A stretch of 64,000 bases of DNA from Caerostris extrusa. Lineage: Eukaryota. The stretch is from the NCBI GenBank assembly GCA_021605095.1, contig BPLR01000781.1, positions 2,414 through 66,413 of the forward strand. The letters run 5' to 3'. Position numbers and translations under genes: made by a program. The notes beneath the pieces are model-generated. The model ran no database searches and was not told where the DNA came from. It saw nothing but the letters and a program-made list of their open reading frames with translations. Shown here in pieces: positions 11,458 to 22,955 of the stretch (its first letter is position 1; the number at the start of each line of letters is the position of its first letter).

Positions 11458-11949
11458 CATTTTTTTTTTTTTCTTCAATGGTGCAACAGCCTCATGGTAG
11501 ATTAAGGCCATCTGCCTACTGGCAGATTTCGGGATAGGAGATGTCGGTACTTACGTATTAACGCCACCGCAGCTACAGATTTGGTGGTTTTTAAGTGACG
11601 CCAATCTACACTTAAAATTTTTGTGACAAATCATAAAAAATATAAAATCAAAACACTTTATTTAAAAACAAAGTAGTCAATCGGATTTCGGTGGAAAATG
11701 GGCCGATACAGAGTTTAACATAGATTCAAAACAGTTTCTATTTTGGCGCATTGGCAGCTCTTTATTGGCGCGTTAGCACAACTTCTGCTGCGGTGGCGTT
11801 AATAAGTAAGTACCGAGATGTCTTTTTACGGATAAGGTTGCCAGCCCTAAGTTCAACAGTTATATCAGACCGAGACCTACGGTTTAAAATGAATTCCGAA
11901 CCACTACAAGCATCCATGGCTCCACTGGGACCCGAATCCGACACCGTGG
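11458..11949 (-). mobile_element. SINE subfamily C copy (5'-truncated head) interrupted by MITE insertion; part of tandem duplicated unit 11295-11950
   Basis: poly-T (rc poly-A tail) 11461-11474, body ttcttcaatggtgcaacagcctcatggtagattaaggcc...ctactggcagatttcgggataggagatgtc | insertion | tttttacggataagg...gacctacggtttaaaatgaattccgaaccactacaagcatccatgg; paralogous uninterrupted unit at 11975-12373. Confidence 0.6.
11545..11814. mobile_element. 270-bp MITE with 28-bp TIRs and 8-bp TSD gagatgtc (hAT- or P-like), nested in SINE
   Basis: TIR ggtacttacgtattaacgccaccgcagc (11545-11572) vs rc of 11787-11814 (27/28 match); gagatgtc at 11537-11544 and 11815-11822; empty site gggatatgagatgtttcc in paralog at ~12225. 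Confidence 0.75.
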
Positions 11950-12142
11950 ATTAGCATGTATAATAGCCAATGTATATATAATATGTATAATAGCATAGAT
12001 TTTTCAACATCCATGCAAGCTTTACAGCAAATAATCTAACTAACTCCTTTTTCACACAAATAAACTAGAATAGTATTAAATGTATTCTCTCATATGCATC
12101 TTTTAATGATAGGATAGCACAATATAATATTTCCATCTAGCA

Positions 12143-12373
12143 AATTCTTTTTCTTCTTCATTGGTGCAACAGCCTCATGGTGGACTAAGGCCCTCCCGCC
12201 TACTGGTAGATTTCGGGATATGAGATGTTTCCTTTTATGGATAGGGTTGTGAGCCCTACATTCAACAGTCATATTAGACCGGGACCTAAGGTTTAAAGAG
12301 GATTCGAACCACTACAAGCATCCATGGACTCGAATCCGAAAAATATGGCACCAAACGCTAGTCGCTCGGCCAT
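12143..12373 (-). mobile_element. SINE subfamily C copy (uninterrupted; empty-site paralog of 11458-11949)
   Basis: caaattctttttcttcttcattggtgcaacagcctcatggtggactaaggccc...gggacctaaggtttaaagaggattcgaaccactacaagcatccatgg...gctcggccatcaggcccc. Confidence 0.6.
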
Positions 12374-12509
12374 CAGGCCCCATTTAACACATTGCCATAG
12401 AAATATTTTGCAATAACAAAAAATTGCGAAATTGGAAGCATTCGTGTTTTCATCCATCTCTATCGAACAGAAAGAATTTTTTCTTTTTAAATTCTTTTAA
12501 TTACTGTTT

Positions 12510-12673
12510 CGGTTTGTCGCTCCACGGTCATTTTGTGCACACTTTAGGTTAATTAGACTGGGACCTACAGTTTAACGTGGATTCCAAACCACTAACAAAC
12601 ATACATGCCACTGCCAGGATTCGAACCTGAAGCCTGTAGTACCAAAGGCCAGAGCGCTAGCCAATTGGCCATC
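12510..12673 (-). mobile_element. SINE subfamily B copy
   Basis: ggtttgtcgctccacggtcattttgtgcacactttaggttaattagactgggacctacagtttaacgtggattccaaaccactaacaaacatacatgccactgccaggattcgaacctgaagcctgtagtaccaaaggccagagcgctagccaattggccatcaggcaa. Confidence 0.7.
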
Positions 12674-13082
12674 AGGCAATTTCAATTACTGTAGATTCAA
12701 TGTCGTTAGATATGTTCTCCGAGAAATTATATTTTATTTGAATCAGAATACTGTAAATTTTTCTGGCATGGTCTTACTGAACAGCTGGTCATGACAGTGC
12801 AGCTTCTTCAATATAAGATATCAAATGTTTAGCTATTGTAGGATTTTTATCGCTTTTAGCAATACGATAATTTTTTCTGTACAATGCTTCAACGCCCATT
12901 GTATGCAGATATTACAAAAATAATGTAAGATTTGGGCACTTTGATAATCACTAAAAAAACTAGTGTTTTATGTTTACAAATTGGAATCTTTAAATGGCCT
13001 ATTAATAGAGATGTTTTTGGAACCTTTGGACAAAATTTCCACACAAACAGCTCACAGTTTTATCTCGTGTTATTGAAAATTC

Positions 13083-13332
13083 GGGCCTGATGGCTAGTGG
13101 CAAGAGCTCTGTCGCTCGATACCACAGGTTTTGAGTTCGAGTCGCGGCAGTGCTATGGGTGTTTGTTGTTGGCTCGAATCTACTTTAAATCGTAGGTCCC
13201 GATCTAATATGACTGTAGAGCGTTGGGTGGACAACCTTAAACAGTAAAAAGAAAACATCTGTCTCAAAATCTGCCAATAAGCAGAAGGTTTTGGCCCACC
13301 ATAAGGCTGTTACGCCAATGAAAAAGTTATTG
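13083..13332 (+). mobile_element. SINE subfamily C copy (+)
   Basis: gggcctgatggctagtggcaagagctctgtcgctcgataccacaggttttgagttcgagtcgcggc..core..gatctaatatgactgtagagcgttgggtggacaacc...ggcccaccataaggctgttacgccaatgaaaaag matches rc of units at 11458-11949/12143-12373. Confidence 0.6.
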
Positions 13333-14003
13333 AAAATCCATATGACAAGCATCCATCGCAATATTTTTTTTCTTTTTTTTTGACAAACACTTTTCTTGTG
13401 CTTTTCTTACATGTTACTCTCTTTAATTTGTAAGTCATCAGACTGCTTCGAAGTACTTTGCAGCTTCCAATTCAAACTGTCTGATTTTCAATGCTATTTG
13501 CATCTTTCTTAAGAGTCAGTTTTCAACTAATTATTAATTTCGTGGCACAAACAAGTATCAACAAAAATTCCCTTCAAAACACTAACATAATAGATAACAA
13601 TCGTAATTTAAGAACTCTTTAAAAAAGAAAGATATTAGGCTATTCAATTGTCACTGAATAAAACACTAAAATGATGGCCTGCTTTTAAATGTAATGCCAA
13701 AAGACGATTCGAAATTATCCTAGAATAATTACTAGACACGAAAAGAACAAAAGAATACATGTTTAATCACCCAACATAATGGCTAGTGGACAGCGGCTGT
13801 TAGCAATCAGTTATAAATCACATACACATATCCTAGATTGAATAACTGATAGAACCATTGATCTGAATAGCTGATTCTAGTAGGGATATGATGAAAATAA
13901 GTAAGGAATAACTCCAGTTGCAAATGTACACTTTACAAATATTGTTAAAAAACAAACTTTAAAATATTATTAAACGTAAGTTTTTTTTTTTCTTTCTCTA
14001 AAT

Positions 14004-14488
14004 CAGTGGTCTCCAAACTACGGACCGCGGGCCAAATCCAGCCGGCCCGCGACAGCGCGAATAGCTTATTGTTGCTGTAATAAGTTGGATAACTTATTGT
14101 GACAAACTCGGCTTTATTACCTGCTAGGTAAAACTTAGTAACAAGCATAATAAGCAGAAAATTTAACTTAAGCATAACAACTAACAAATAATTGAAATGA
14201 ATCTCACTAACATTATAAACTAGTGAACATCCCGCAGTTACCCTCGGTAGTTATACCCACCTATTTCCGCTTTTGACCACTAGATGTCGTCAAGTATCCC
14301 GGTCATATTGATACACACAATAGTAATTGTAATAATTGAACCAGCGAATTTAGCACGCTCAGAGCGCGTATTGGGCGACTAGTGTAGAAATTATAGATAA
14401 TGGCAGAAAAAATTAAAATGGTTTTAGCCCTTGGTACTTACTGGAGTAAACAGTGTGGCCCTAAGGCTGGAAAGTTTGGAGACCCCTG
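14004..14488. mobile_element. MITE family 1 (TIR CAG(G/T)GGTCTCCAAACT..., ~485 bp) with 8-bp TSD ctctaaat
   Basis: cagtggtctccaaactacggaccgcgggccaaatcc...ggccctaaggctggaaagtttggagacccctg; ctctaaat at 13996-14003 and 14489-14496; other copies 48069-48375 and 53498-53992. Confidence 0.75.
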
Positions 14489-16256
14489 CTCTAAATGTTG
14501 GATTTTATGCTTCTTAAATCTCATCTATAACTAATAACCTTAAATTTCACTTATACCCAATAATGAAATATCTAGTGAAATAGTTTCAACATATCTAAGG
14601 AGTATTTTTAGGTATTGAACATTTTTAACAAAAATAACTTTCTGCTTTCATAAAAGAGGCGATTCAATAGTGATTATAACAGCAACGTATCGTTTCTGAC
14701 TCAGCAATGATTGTGTATGAGTCTGTCGTGGGCAAACAGGATTGACAGCAAGAGTTCTTTGGATTTATTTGCATATGACACCCAAATGCTGCTTATAATT
14801 CAATTTTTTTATTAAAAGTAATTTGTAAAACTAACAAAATTTTTATATTAATGGAGTAAAATGCAATAACAATTTTATTTTTAAATGGCCATTTATTTGA
14901 AAAAAAAAAAATATATGATATTAGTATGTTTACTTAAAAGACAATCTAATAGTATGCGAATTATTTTTAAAATTCTACATTAATAATATATATTTCAAGT
15001 TACTCAGTTGTATCAAATATATTATGTTACTTTATTTAAAGTATTTTTATCAGTAAAAAAAAAAAATGTATGTTTGCATTTCTTCAAATTCCAGAATTTA
15101 TTATGATAAAAAATAATTGATTACCATACTTTTATGTTATAAAATATTTTATACTTTATATCAGCAACATACAACTTTATATTTTTGAAAATAGAACTTA
15201 AAAATTTTTTTTTTTAAGAATTAACATTAGTAAATAGTTTTTTTTAAGAGTTAACATAGTTCACAAATTATTATAGCATTTATTGGTCTGTGTGGCAACA
15301 ACAAATAATTTTGTTGAACATCAGGTTTTAAGAAACAAAAAATATTCTAAAATGATATTTCACTAATAACTTAAAATAAAACATTTTAAAATATACCGTT
15401 ATCCAAAACTGGCATTACGGCATTTTCCACAATATTTTGGTTTTTTATTTAACAATATTGTAGTACTGAAATTAAAGTCAATCATATATGACTAAAATTC
15501 CAATATGAAAAATCTCACTTGGAAGAAAAGTCGTAGCTATCTTCATTTAAAACCTTTTAGTCCACATTTCACAGAAAAAGTAAACATTCATAAAAATACT
15601 TTTAGGTGTTGATATTAAAAATAACATATAATAAAGGCATTAATAGCAACCAAAAATAGGAACTATTAAATTCATAATCCTTCATTCCAGATGTGATGAT
15701 AAGACAGACATTTAACACAATTCTTTTAATTTTTTTAAACATTGTAAAATCATGCATAAATTAAATTTTTTTAATTTATACATGAATTGAATGTTTATAT
15801 TATTGTTAATATTATATGAATTGAATGATTGATGAATTATAATTGAATGATTTACTCTTTGAGTTTTCTTTGGAAATACATTCTTGGATTGGTATCTTAA
15901 ATTGCTAAATTCATAATCCTACATTTTTGATATCATGATGATGCAGGCATTCAATCAATTCTTCTCTTTCCAGTTTTTTTACTGGTGAACATCCTAAGTT
16001 CATGCATAAATTAATTAAGTTTTTTGGTATAACATATTTTACCTCCTGGACATGTTTTGGAACAACATTCTTGAATCTTTTATCATAAAAAAGATTCTCA
16101 TTGAAGGATACAACGAATAAATGGCAATAAGAATTTTTCCAATCTGCAGCAGTGAAATCCAAAATCATCTGAAATGCTCTTTCTTCAATATGATCCTAGA
16201 AAAAAAAATTTTTTTTTAAACAGAAATATTTCAATTTCGACAAAGCTTATCATTGC

Positions 16257-16289
<33 letters not shown>

Positions 16290-17334
16290 AAATAGCAATA
16301 AAACATTATGTAACCGTGCTTCCTCCCACGCACTGCAAGAGCGCCCCATGTGGCATTCGGGAGAAATCAGTCAGGCACGAGACTCTCACACGAGAGACGT
16401 TTAACTTAGTCTCTCCCTCCGAAAGAAAATATAGATAGCACAACCCTGAGCATAAGTTGGCCTACAAACTCTCATCCTGAGAGGAAGTATATATCTTGAG
16501 TATAGGAAGTATATCTTGTGCATCCAAAGCAAACCTGAATATCTTTATTTTGGGTTTTGAAGTGGAATCCTTCCACAAATCTTTAATTAGATGTCTTTAA
16601 ATGTTTTAACTATGTTATGTGTGTTGTGTTTATGCTAATGTAAAAATAAAGCTGTGTCTCAAGTCTCAGCGGAACACACCCAGATCTAGCTGCACAAACA
16701 ACAGACTCCACTACAATTATTTATTATTATTTAATCCTAATTAAAAATGATTACTTACAGTTTTACTCTTTTTAGCTACTAGAAATCAATTATAAAGGAA
16801 TAAAAACAATTATTTATTTATTCATTTCCATTATTATTTATTAATTATTGATTTATTTGTTTCTGTTACAATAATAATGTTCTAAAAATAATATGGTAAA
16901 ATTTAATTTTTATGGATAAACTTATCTATGAATAATATTTTAAAAGCTACACAATGTTAAACAATGAGCAATTAAAAGTTAAACTATGAACATTTATTTA
17001 AGTGAAAACTGTAACTGATATTTTTGTATATTTTGTGCACAACTAAATCAGAAAAATTGGTTTTTTTTGCAGCAATTTAATTATCTGATAGCCCTTTTAT
17101 AAAATCATTGTTTGTAATTTTATGAATAATTAAATGCAAATTACTTATACATAAAATTAATATTTATGAACACAGTCATATCAATGAAAGCATATTTTTT
17201 ATTCTTTCATTAAATATCTTAACTCATAAGCATGGTTTTGATTTGATTAAATGTGTTAGCCTTTTTAATTACTTAAAATAACCTTTTAATGTCATTAATG
17301 ATAAAAAAAGTTGAATAATTAGAAATGAAAACAA

Positions 17335-17684
17335 TTAACAAAATTTTTGTGATACACAATTCAAAAAAAGTCTTACAGAAATAATATCTTCAGAATTTGC
17401 ATTCCATAGAACTCTTTCAGAAATAACTATAACAAATTTTTTGTTAGAAACACAATATTTTCCAGTCCCAGGGCAATCACATTCTAAAATTTTTGAAATA
17501 CAACGATGACGTTGTTCTAGAAGATCATGTATCATGTCATCAAGTGTATAAACATTTAATAGAGCACATTCTTGAAGAAAATTTTTCAATAAAGCAACAT
17601 CATTTTGAATGGAATGATCATCAAGAGAATGAAAAATATACACTTTGTCCACAATTTGAGTCAATATTGGAAGATTTTCTTCAG
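17335..17684 (-). CDS. terminal coding exon of multi-exon gene, unknown product
   Basis: Acceptor tttcttcacag|CT; 116-codon open frame to TAA in a very AT-rich context (..ILECDCPGTGKYCVSNKKFVIVISERVLWNANSEDIISVRLFLNCVSQKFC*); phase-compatible with upstream exon. Confidence 0.55.
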
Positions 17685-18874
17685 CTGTGAAGAAAAAAGC
17701 ATACATAAATTTTATTGAAGAAATAAAAAATAATAATTGCTCGATTAAATTATTAATTAAAATAAATACATAACTAAAAATAACTTTCCTATCTTTTTCT
17801 TTTGCAGATTTAAAATTGTTGAGATTTTCTACTTAAAAGATGAAGTATTATTAATTATAATATTTTTAACACTGGTCAATAGTTACATGCTATTTTGAAG
17901 GAATTAAAAATAAATAATTGAAAAAAAGCTAGATATATGTAATTTAAAAAGTAAGTGTGTTGTAAGATAATATCACATTAAAGTTATTATTAGCTAATTA
18001 TAAGTTAAAATTAATGTTAAAAAATATTACAGCATATTAATAAGAGTATTAAAAATTTAAAAAATTAAGGTATTATTTTTATGTTTTAAAAATCTGCAAT
18101 TAATAATAAAACATTTTAAATTATCTCTCAAAAACTTATTTAATCTTGCACTAAATTTAAATAAATAATATTAAAATTGAATTTAATATAGGCTCTCAAT
18201 ATCTGAATAAAATAAAAATGCATCTAAAAAAAGCTATGATTAAATTTTTCTTCTTTTATTATAAATTGAAATATCTTTATAAGCCTTTTAATATCTGATT
18301 GCTAAATTTTCGAATATTTAAAAATACTATAAAGCCTTTTAAAAAAGTCAAATGATTGAAACATTAGACTTTTTCTTCTTTTCCCCGACAAACTTTATAA
18401 TTTTAAATATCAATAAAAGTAAAGCCATATATAAATCAAGACATAAATACATAGGAATTGGTTAACATTTGAAAAATTTTGTATAGCATAGTCAAACATT
18501 TTTATGTAACTTGGGCTTATGTAGATGACAGCATTAATGGCAATTTTTATATAATTTCCCATTTATGTACATTATAAATAATTAAAATTAAAATTTTAAT
18601 TTGTATTTGAATTAAAAATTAAAACATGAGAGATCTATAAAATAATCTATAGTGTAAAATGGTGTTTAATTATTTTTTTCTTAAATGTTTTTAAATTCAT
18701 TATCTCTAAAGGATTTTTGAAAAATAATAAACATTTATGATGAGATAAAAACAAAGATTCCAATATTAGTTTACTTAAATAAAAACAATATTTTACTGCT
18801 ACTGTATTAATCAAGTATAAATAACACAAGTATGAAAAATTAGCATTTAAACAAACCAAATAAGCTTGGCTTAC

Positions 18875-18913
18875 CATAAGCAGACAAGTCCACACCCTTC
18901 TTAATTTTTGTTT
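18875..18913 (-). CDS. internal exon (39 nt)
   Basis: tttttag|AAACAAAAATTAAGAAGGGTGTGGACTTGTCTGCTTATG|gtaagcc; phases (1 in, 1 out) fit both neighbours (..K TKIKKGVDLSAY A..). Confidence 0.5.
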
Positions 18914-18998
18914 CTAAAAAAATATAATTAATTTTTAAATATTTTCAAAAAATTTTATTCACAAATTAATTTATAAATAAAAAGATGAAAGTACTTAC

Positions 18999-19145
18999 TT
19001 AGTATAACTTTAAAGCAAGACCATAAACTACAAGTAGTGATAAACAAAAGAATACATATAGCTAAAATGACTTCATTTGGAAAATTTTGTCTCTTATTTT
19101 TTTTAATATCCACATCATCTATCTCTGTACTTGAAATATTTTCTA
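18999..19145 (-). CDS. internal exon (147 nt) encoding predicted transmembrane helix
   Basis: ttttag|TAGAAAAT...GTTATACTAA|gtaagtac; frame ENISSTEIDDVDIKKNKRQNFPNEVILAICILLFITTCSLWSCFKVIL; phase compatible. Confidence 0.55.
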
Positions 19146-20292
19146 CTAAAATAATAATATGTGTGGTTAGATAAATATATCAAGATGAAAAAAAAAAAAA
19201 AAATCATAAAATTTTTAAAACATGTATATATTATTTCATAGTGTTTGATGAATATACTCAATTAATACAACATTTTATTTTAGTTTAATGATTTTCAAAA
19301 GAAAAGCACTTTCGCTAAAGGACGATCTATGGTGGTCTACTATAATACACTCACATATTGCAACTACAATTAAAAAAAAAACATCCTCATACATGGTATC
19401 ACAAAGGTGCCTGTCCACCCTCATCCTCTTTGAACCCAACAAAATGGCTTTATTTTATGCAGATAAAATAACGGATTTATGCTTCTTTTCCACAAAGATA
19501 GGGAACAAACATTGTTTTTGTTCATCTACACTTTAAACCATGTTCTTTTGGGATCAAAATTCATCCACCAACCTACTCCACCTTCTTGCATTTCGTAATA
19601 ATACAAACAATATATTTATTATAAAAATAATTATTTTAAATGTCACTGATTAGAACTTGTCTATTCCATTGGTAAATTTATAACAAAATGAAAAGAAATT
19701 GATTTCAAAAGGTAAGAATTTTTTTTAACTATAGTATAGCCTCTCTAAATATCAGTATTTCAGCCTTCATATATCAGTATTTCAGCCTTATTCTTTAAAG
19801 AGAGAAAAGCTTTAAAAATTTTAAACAATCCATTAATTCTCTGTTTTTCCCTAAAGTGCATTAAATTCTGTGTTAGAGAATTTATGATTATGCATTAGGA
19901 TTCAGTTAGTAAGCATACATTTTTTATTTATTTTGCAGATGTTTTATTAGATAAATGTTTTTGAAACATTTATTAAACACACTATTAAAACATTTATTAC
20001 AGCAGTTAATTCTCTTGCATGAACTTAAACTAATTTAACAGCAATGTCCTTTTTTATTATAATTTTCACTGTATTTTCAAACAAAGAAATTATGTAAAAT
20101 AAAATAACTGTTCCCATTAACTTTTATTAGCTTTATATCTACAAATAATTACATTTTATGGAATGAGTCTATGTTTACATGAACTGTACATAAAACTTTT
20201 TATATTATCTCTGTCTTGAGAAACATTGGAATTTCAAAATATTCATAAATAATAATCAATAAAAGGAAATGCAGATGTCTACAAAAATTTAC

Positions 20293-20362
20293 CAGTAATA
20301 TTAAAGATATCAGAATTTAACGCCCATGTTCGCAATGGAGTTCTTTCAATAAAAGGTACAAC
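20293..20362 (-). CDS. internal exon (70 nt)
   Basis: tttctag|GTTGTACC...ATTACTG|gtaaat; VVPFIERTPLRTWALNSDIFNIT; phase 0 in, 1 out matches next exon. Confidence 0.5.
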
Positions 20363-20413
20363 CTAGAAACATACATAAAATTAGTAATAAAATAAATTTC
20401 TAAATACGAAAAT

Positions 20414-20476
20414 AAATTAGAATTAAACATTACCAATATGCAATAATATCCAGATTTTTTTATTGGGAAAACAAAT
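20414..20476 (-). CDS. internal exon (63 nt)
   Basis: ctttcag|AATTACAG...CATATTG|gtaatg; NYSIEEIFVFPIKKSGYYCIL; phase 0/0. Confidence 0.5.
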
Positions 20477-21159
20477 ATTTCTTCAATACTGTAATTCTGA
20501 AAGTACATGAAAATAATAATCATTATTATTTATCAATTAAAAACAAAAAAAAATCAATATTAATTAAAAAATTAAAATAATAAATGAATTTTTAAGTGAA
20601 AAATATTATAGAAACATAAATAAAAAAAAATTAATATCATTTCTAACAAATTACATATCAGAATTTATGTTATAACTAAATTAGTCCATGAATAATAATA
20701 TAGATATTATGTGGCAAATTTCTGCATTACTAGTAATTTTAAATGCTTATTTCAAAATCAGCAATAGTTTAAAATTATTGTCATTTATTTCTCATATAAA
20801 TATAACAATGTGAATAAAATACATCAACTTGAAATGAGGAAAGGAAAATACACAGTTTTTGGAATAAAAACAAACATAATAAAAACAAATAGAATATAGT
20901 ACTTATAAAAATTTAATGAAAATTGATTAACAAAAAACAAGACAAATTTCATGAATTTATTATTCAAAAATATTTACATATTTTAGACTAAATATCACAG
21001 AACAATTTAATTAGGTAATATTTTAAAAAAATCAATTACCATAATTTTTAATTTTAAAGAGTGCATTCAAAAATATTTTATTTAAGAATATTTTTATGGA
21101 AAACGTATGTATACTTATATGAAATATGAGAGGAATCATGCAATAAAACAACAAGTTAC

Positions 21160-21316
21160 CTTATTAAATTTTGGATTAATTCTGAAAAAATCTGGCTGTA
21201 CTATTCCTCTTTTTGGTTTACATTCAAAATACTTGAATTTATACAAATATACATTATAAAAATCGAAACATTTTACATACTCATCCCACAAGCTAATTTT
21301 AACAGTTATTTCTTTT
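21160..21316 (-). CDS. internal exon (157 nt); gene probably continues upstream (candidate exons 26660-26840, 27420-27546)
   Basis: tatttcag|AAAAGAAAT...AATTTAATAAG|gtaact; KEITVKISLWDEYVKCFDFYNVYLYKFKYFECKPKRGIVQPDFFRINPKFNK; ends phase 0 matching next exon. Confidence 0.5.
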
Positions 21317-22692
21317 CTGAAATAAAAATAGAAATAATATTAATTCAATCATCACTGAACTTATTCCTCTGCAAAAAAAAAAAAAAAGTTATATCTAATG
21401 ATTACAACTCATCATGGTCAAAGTAGAAATTTTATTCTTCCTTCTATTTTGCAAATAAGTAATTATAAAAACTGAAAGTAATTGTAACTGCAAATAATTA
21501 TAAAAACTGAAAGCTGCCATATTTTTTTTTTATATTGAAATACAAATTGCATTAATCTATATTTATGTGAAAAATTCTTTCATCCATATTTTATATTTAC
21601 TGTCACCTGTGAAAAGGGCAGTTTTTCAAAAATTAAAATCCTTATGAATGTATTGATTAACAAACCTCAGTCTTTTTTTCTCTAATTTGCTCTGATTCGA
21701 GATTCTCTTTTCAATAATGGCAAGAAATATTTTTTCGTTTCTCAAATAACTGTGAAATTGTGTGACATTCAACAACAAAAGCACCTCTTGCATGTAGACT
21801 TTTGTGACACCAAATTTTACATTTTTATTTTTATTTTATTTTTTTGCATATTCTGCAGAGATAATTTGTATTTTATCACTTATTTTTATAACATAATTGT
21901 TTAACTTATAATATATAACCTTGTTGTAAAATTAATTATTTTAAGATATTTATAATTTCTTAAATCTTCTTATATGTTGACTTTTATGACGGACTGTATA
22001 GGTATTTTTATCTTCATAAATTTGCATTACAGTCAATAATATTTATTCTAAAATTACAAAAAAAAATTTTTACTTTTGTGTACTCTAAAATTGCTTAAAA
22101 GTTGTCACATGAATTCTGACTCATTCTGTATATTATATATATAATTTACATATGTATATAAAGTGACTGAGAATTATTGCACACATTACAGAAGTATGTA
22201 AAAACACTCTAGAAAAAAATAAAATAACTTATAATGAAACAACAAAAGAAGCTATGTGAGAGATTTTGGCTGCTGGTACACTGAATGCATTTCTTCTGTA
22301 ATTTTTTTGTGTGCATTGGAATACCAGAAATGTTTTTCATACATTTTATTCACTTTAATCAATTAACTTGAAGTCTAAGTTAGAAAAAATTTTGTCCATC
22401 AAAAGCTAACTTATAAGCTTTAAACCATAACATTCTCATTTTAACTAAGAAAATTACATTTTATACACATTAATAGAATTGCATTTAATATAATTGCACA
22501 TTAAAAGATTTGAAATTTTAGTTAGCCATTTTACAATGAATTAGAGCTTATTTAAATACTGTAACATTACACTGCAATTATTAATGATTTAAATAAAAGA
22601 AATTACTTAAATGTATCTTGTTTCACCGAGGCATAATCTAAGGTCAGATTCCAATTTTCGCAAGAATATTTTGATTCCTCAGAGAAAAGGGC

Positions 22693-22955
22693 ATTGAAAT
22701 CAATGCTCTTTGAAGAGCTCTTTTTCTCGAGATCAATTCTCTTAGGAGAGCTCTTTCTCTCCAGATCAATGCTCTTTGAAGAGCTCTTTCTCTCCAGATC
22801 AATGCTCTTTGGTGAGTTTTTCTCTCGAGATCATTGCTCTTTGGCGAGCTCTCTCTTTCCAGATCAATGCTCTTTGGAGAGCTCTCTCTCTCGAGATCAA
22901 TGCTCTTTGGAGAACTCTCTCTCTCGAGATCAATGCTCTTTTTGGAGATACTACA
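22693..22955. repeat. minisatellite, ~33-bp unit x8 (caatgctctttg(a/g)agagctct(t/c)tctc(t/g)(c/a)gagat)
   Basis: Eight contiguous variant units; unit is a near-palindrome (gagctct..agagctc); overlapping 'ORFs' 22694-22960/22776-22982 are repeat translations. Confidence 0.8.

Noticed and set aside
16174-16438. ORFs with poly-lysine tracts
   Set aside because: Produced by reading through an A26 homopolymer. No coding support.
22693-22955. Regularly spaced repeats that might be mistaken for a CRISPR array
   Set aside because: Units are contiguous with no unique spacers, occur in a eukaryotic context, and vary internally. This is a minisatellite.
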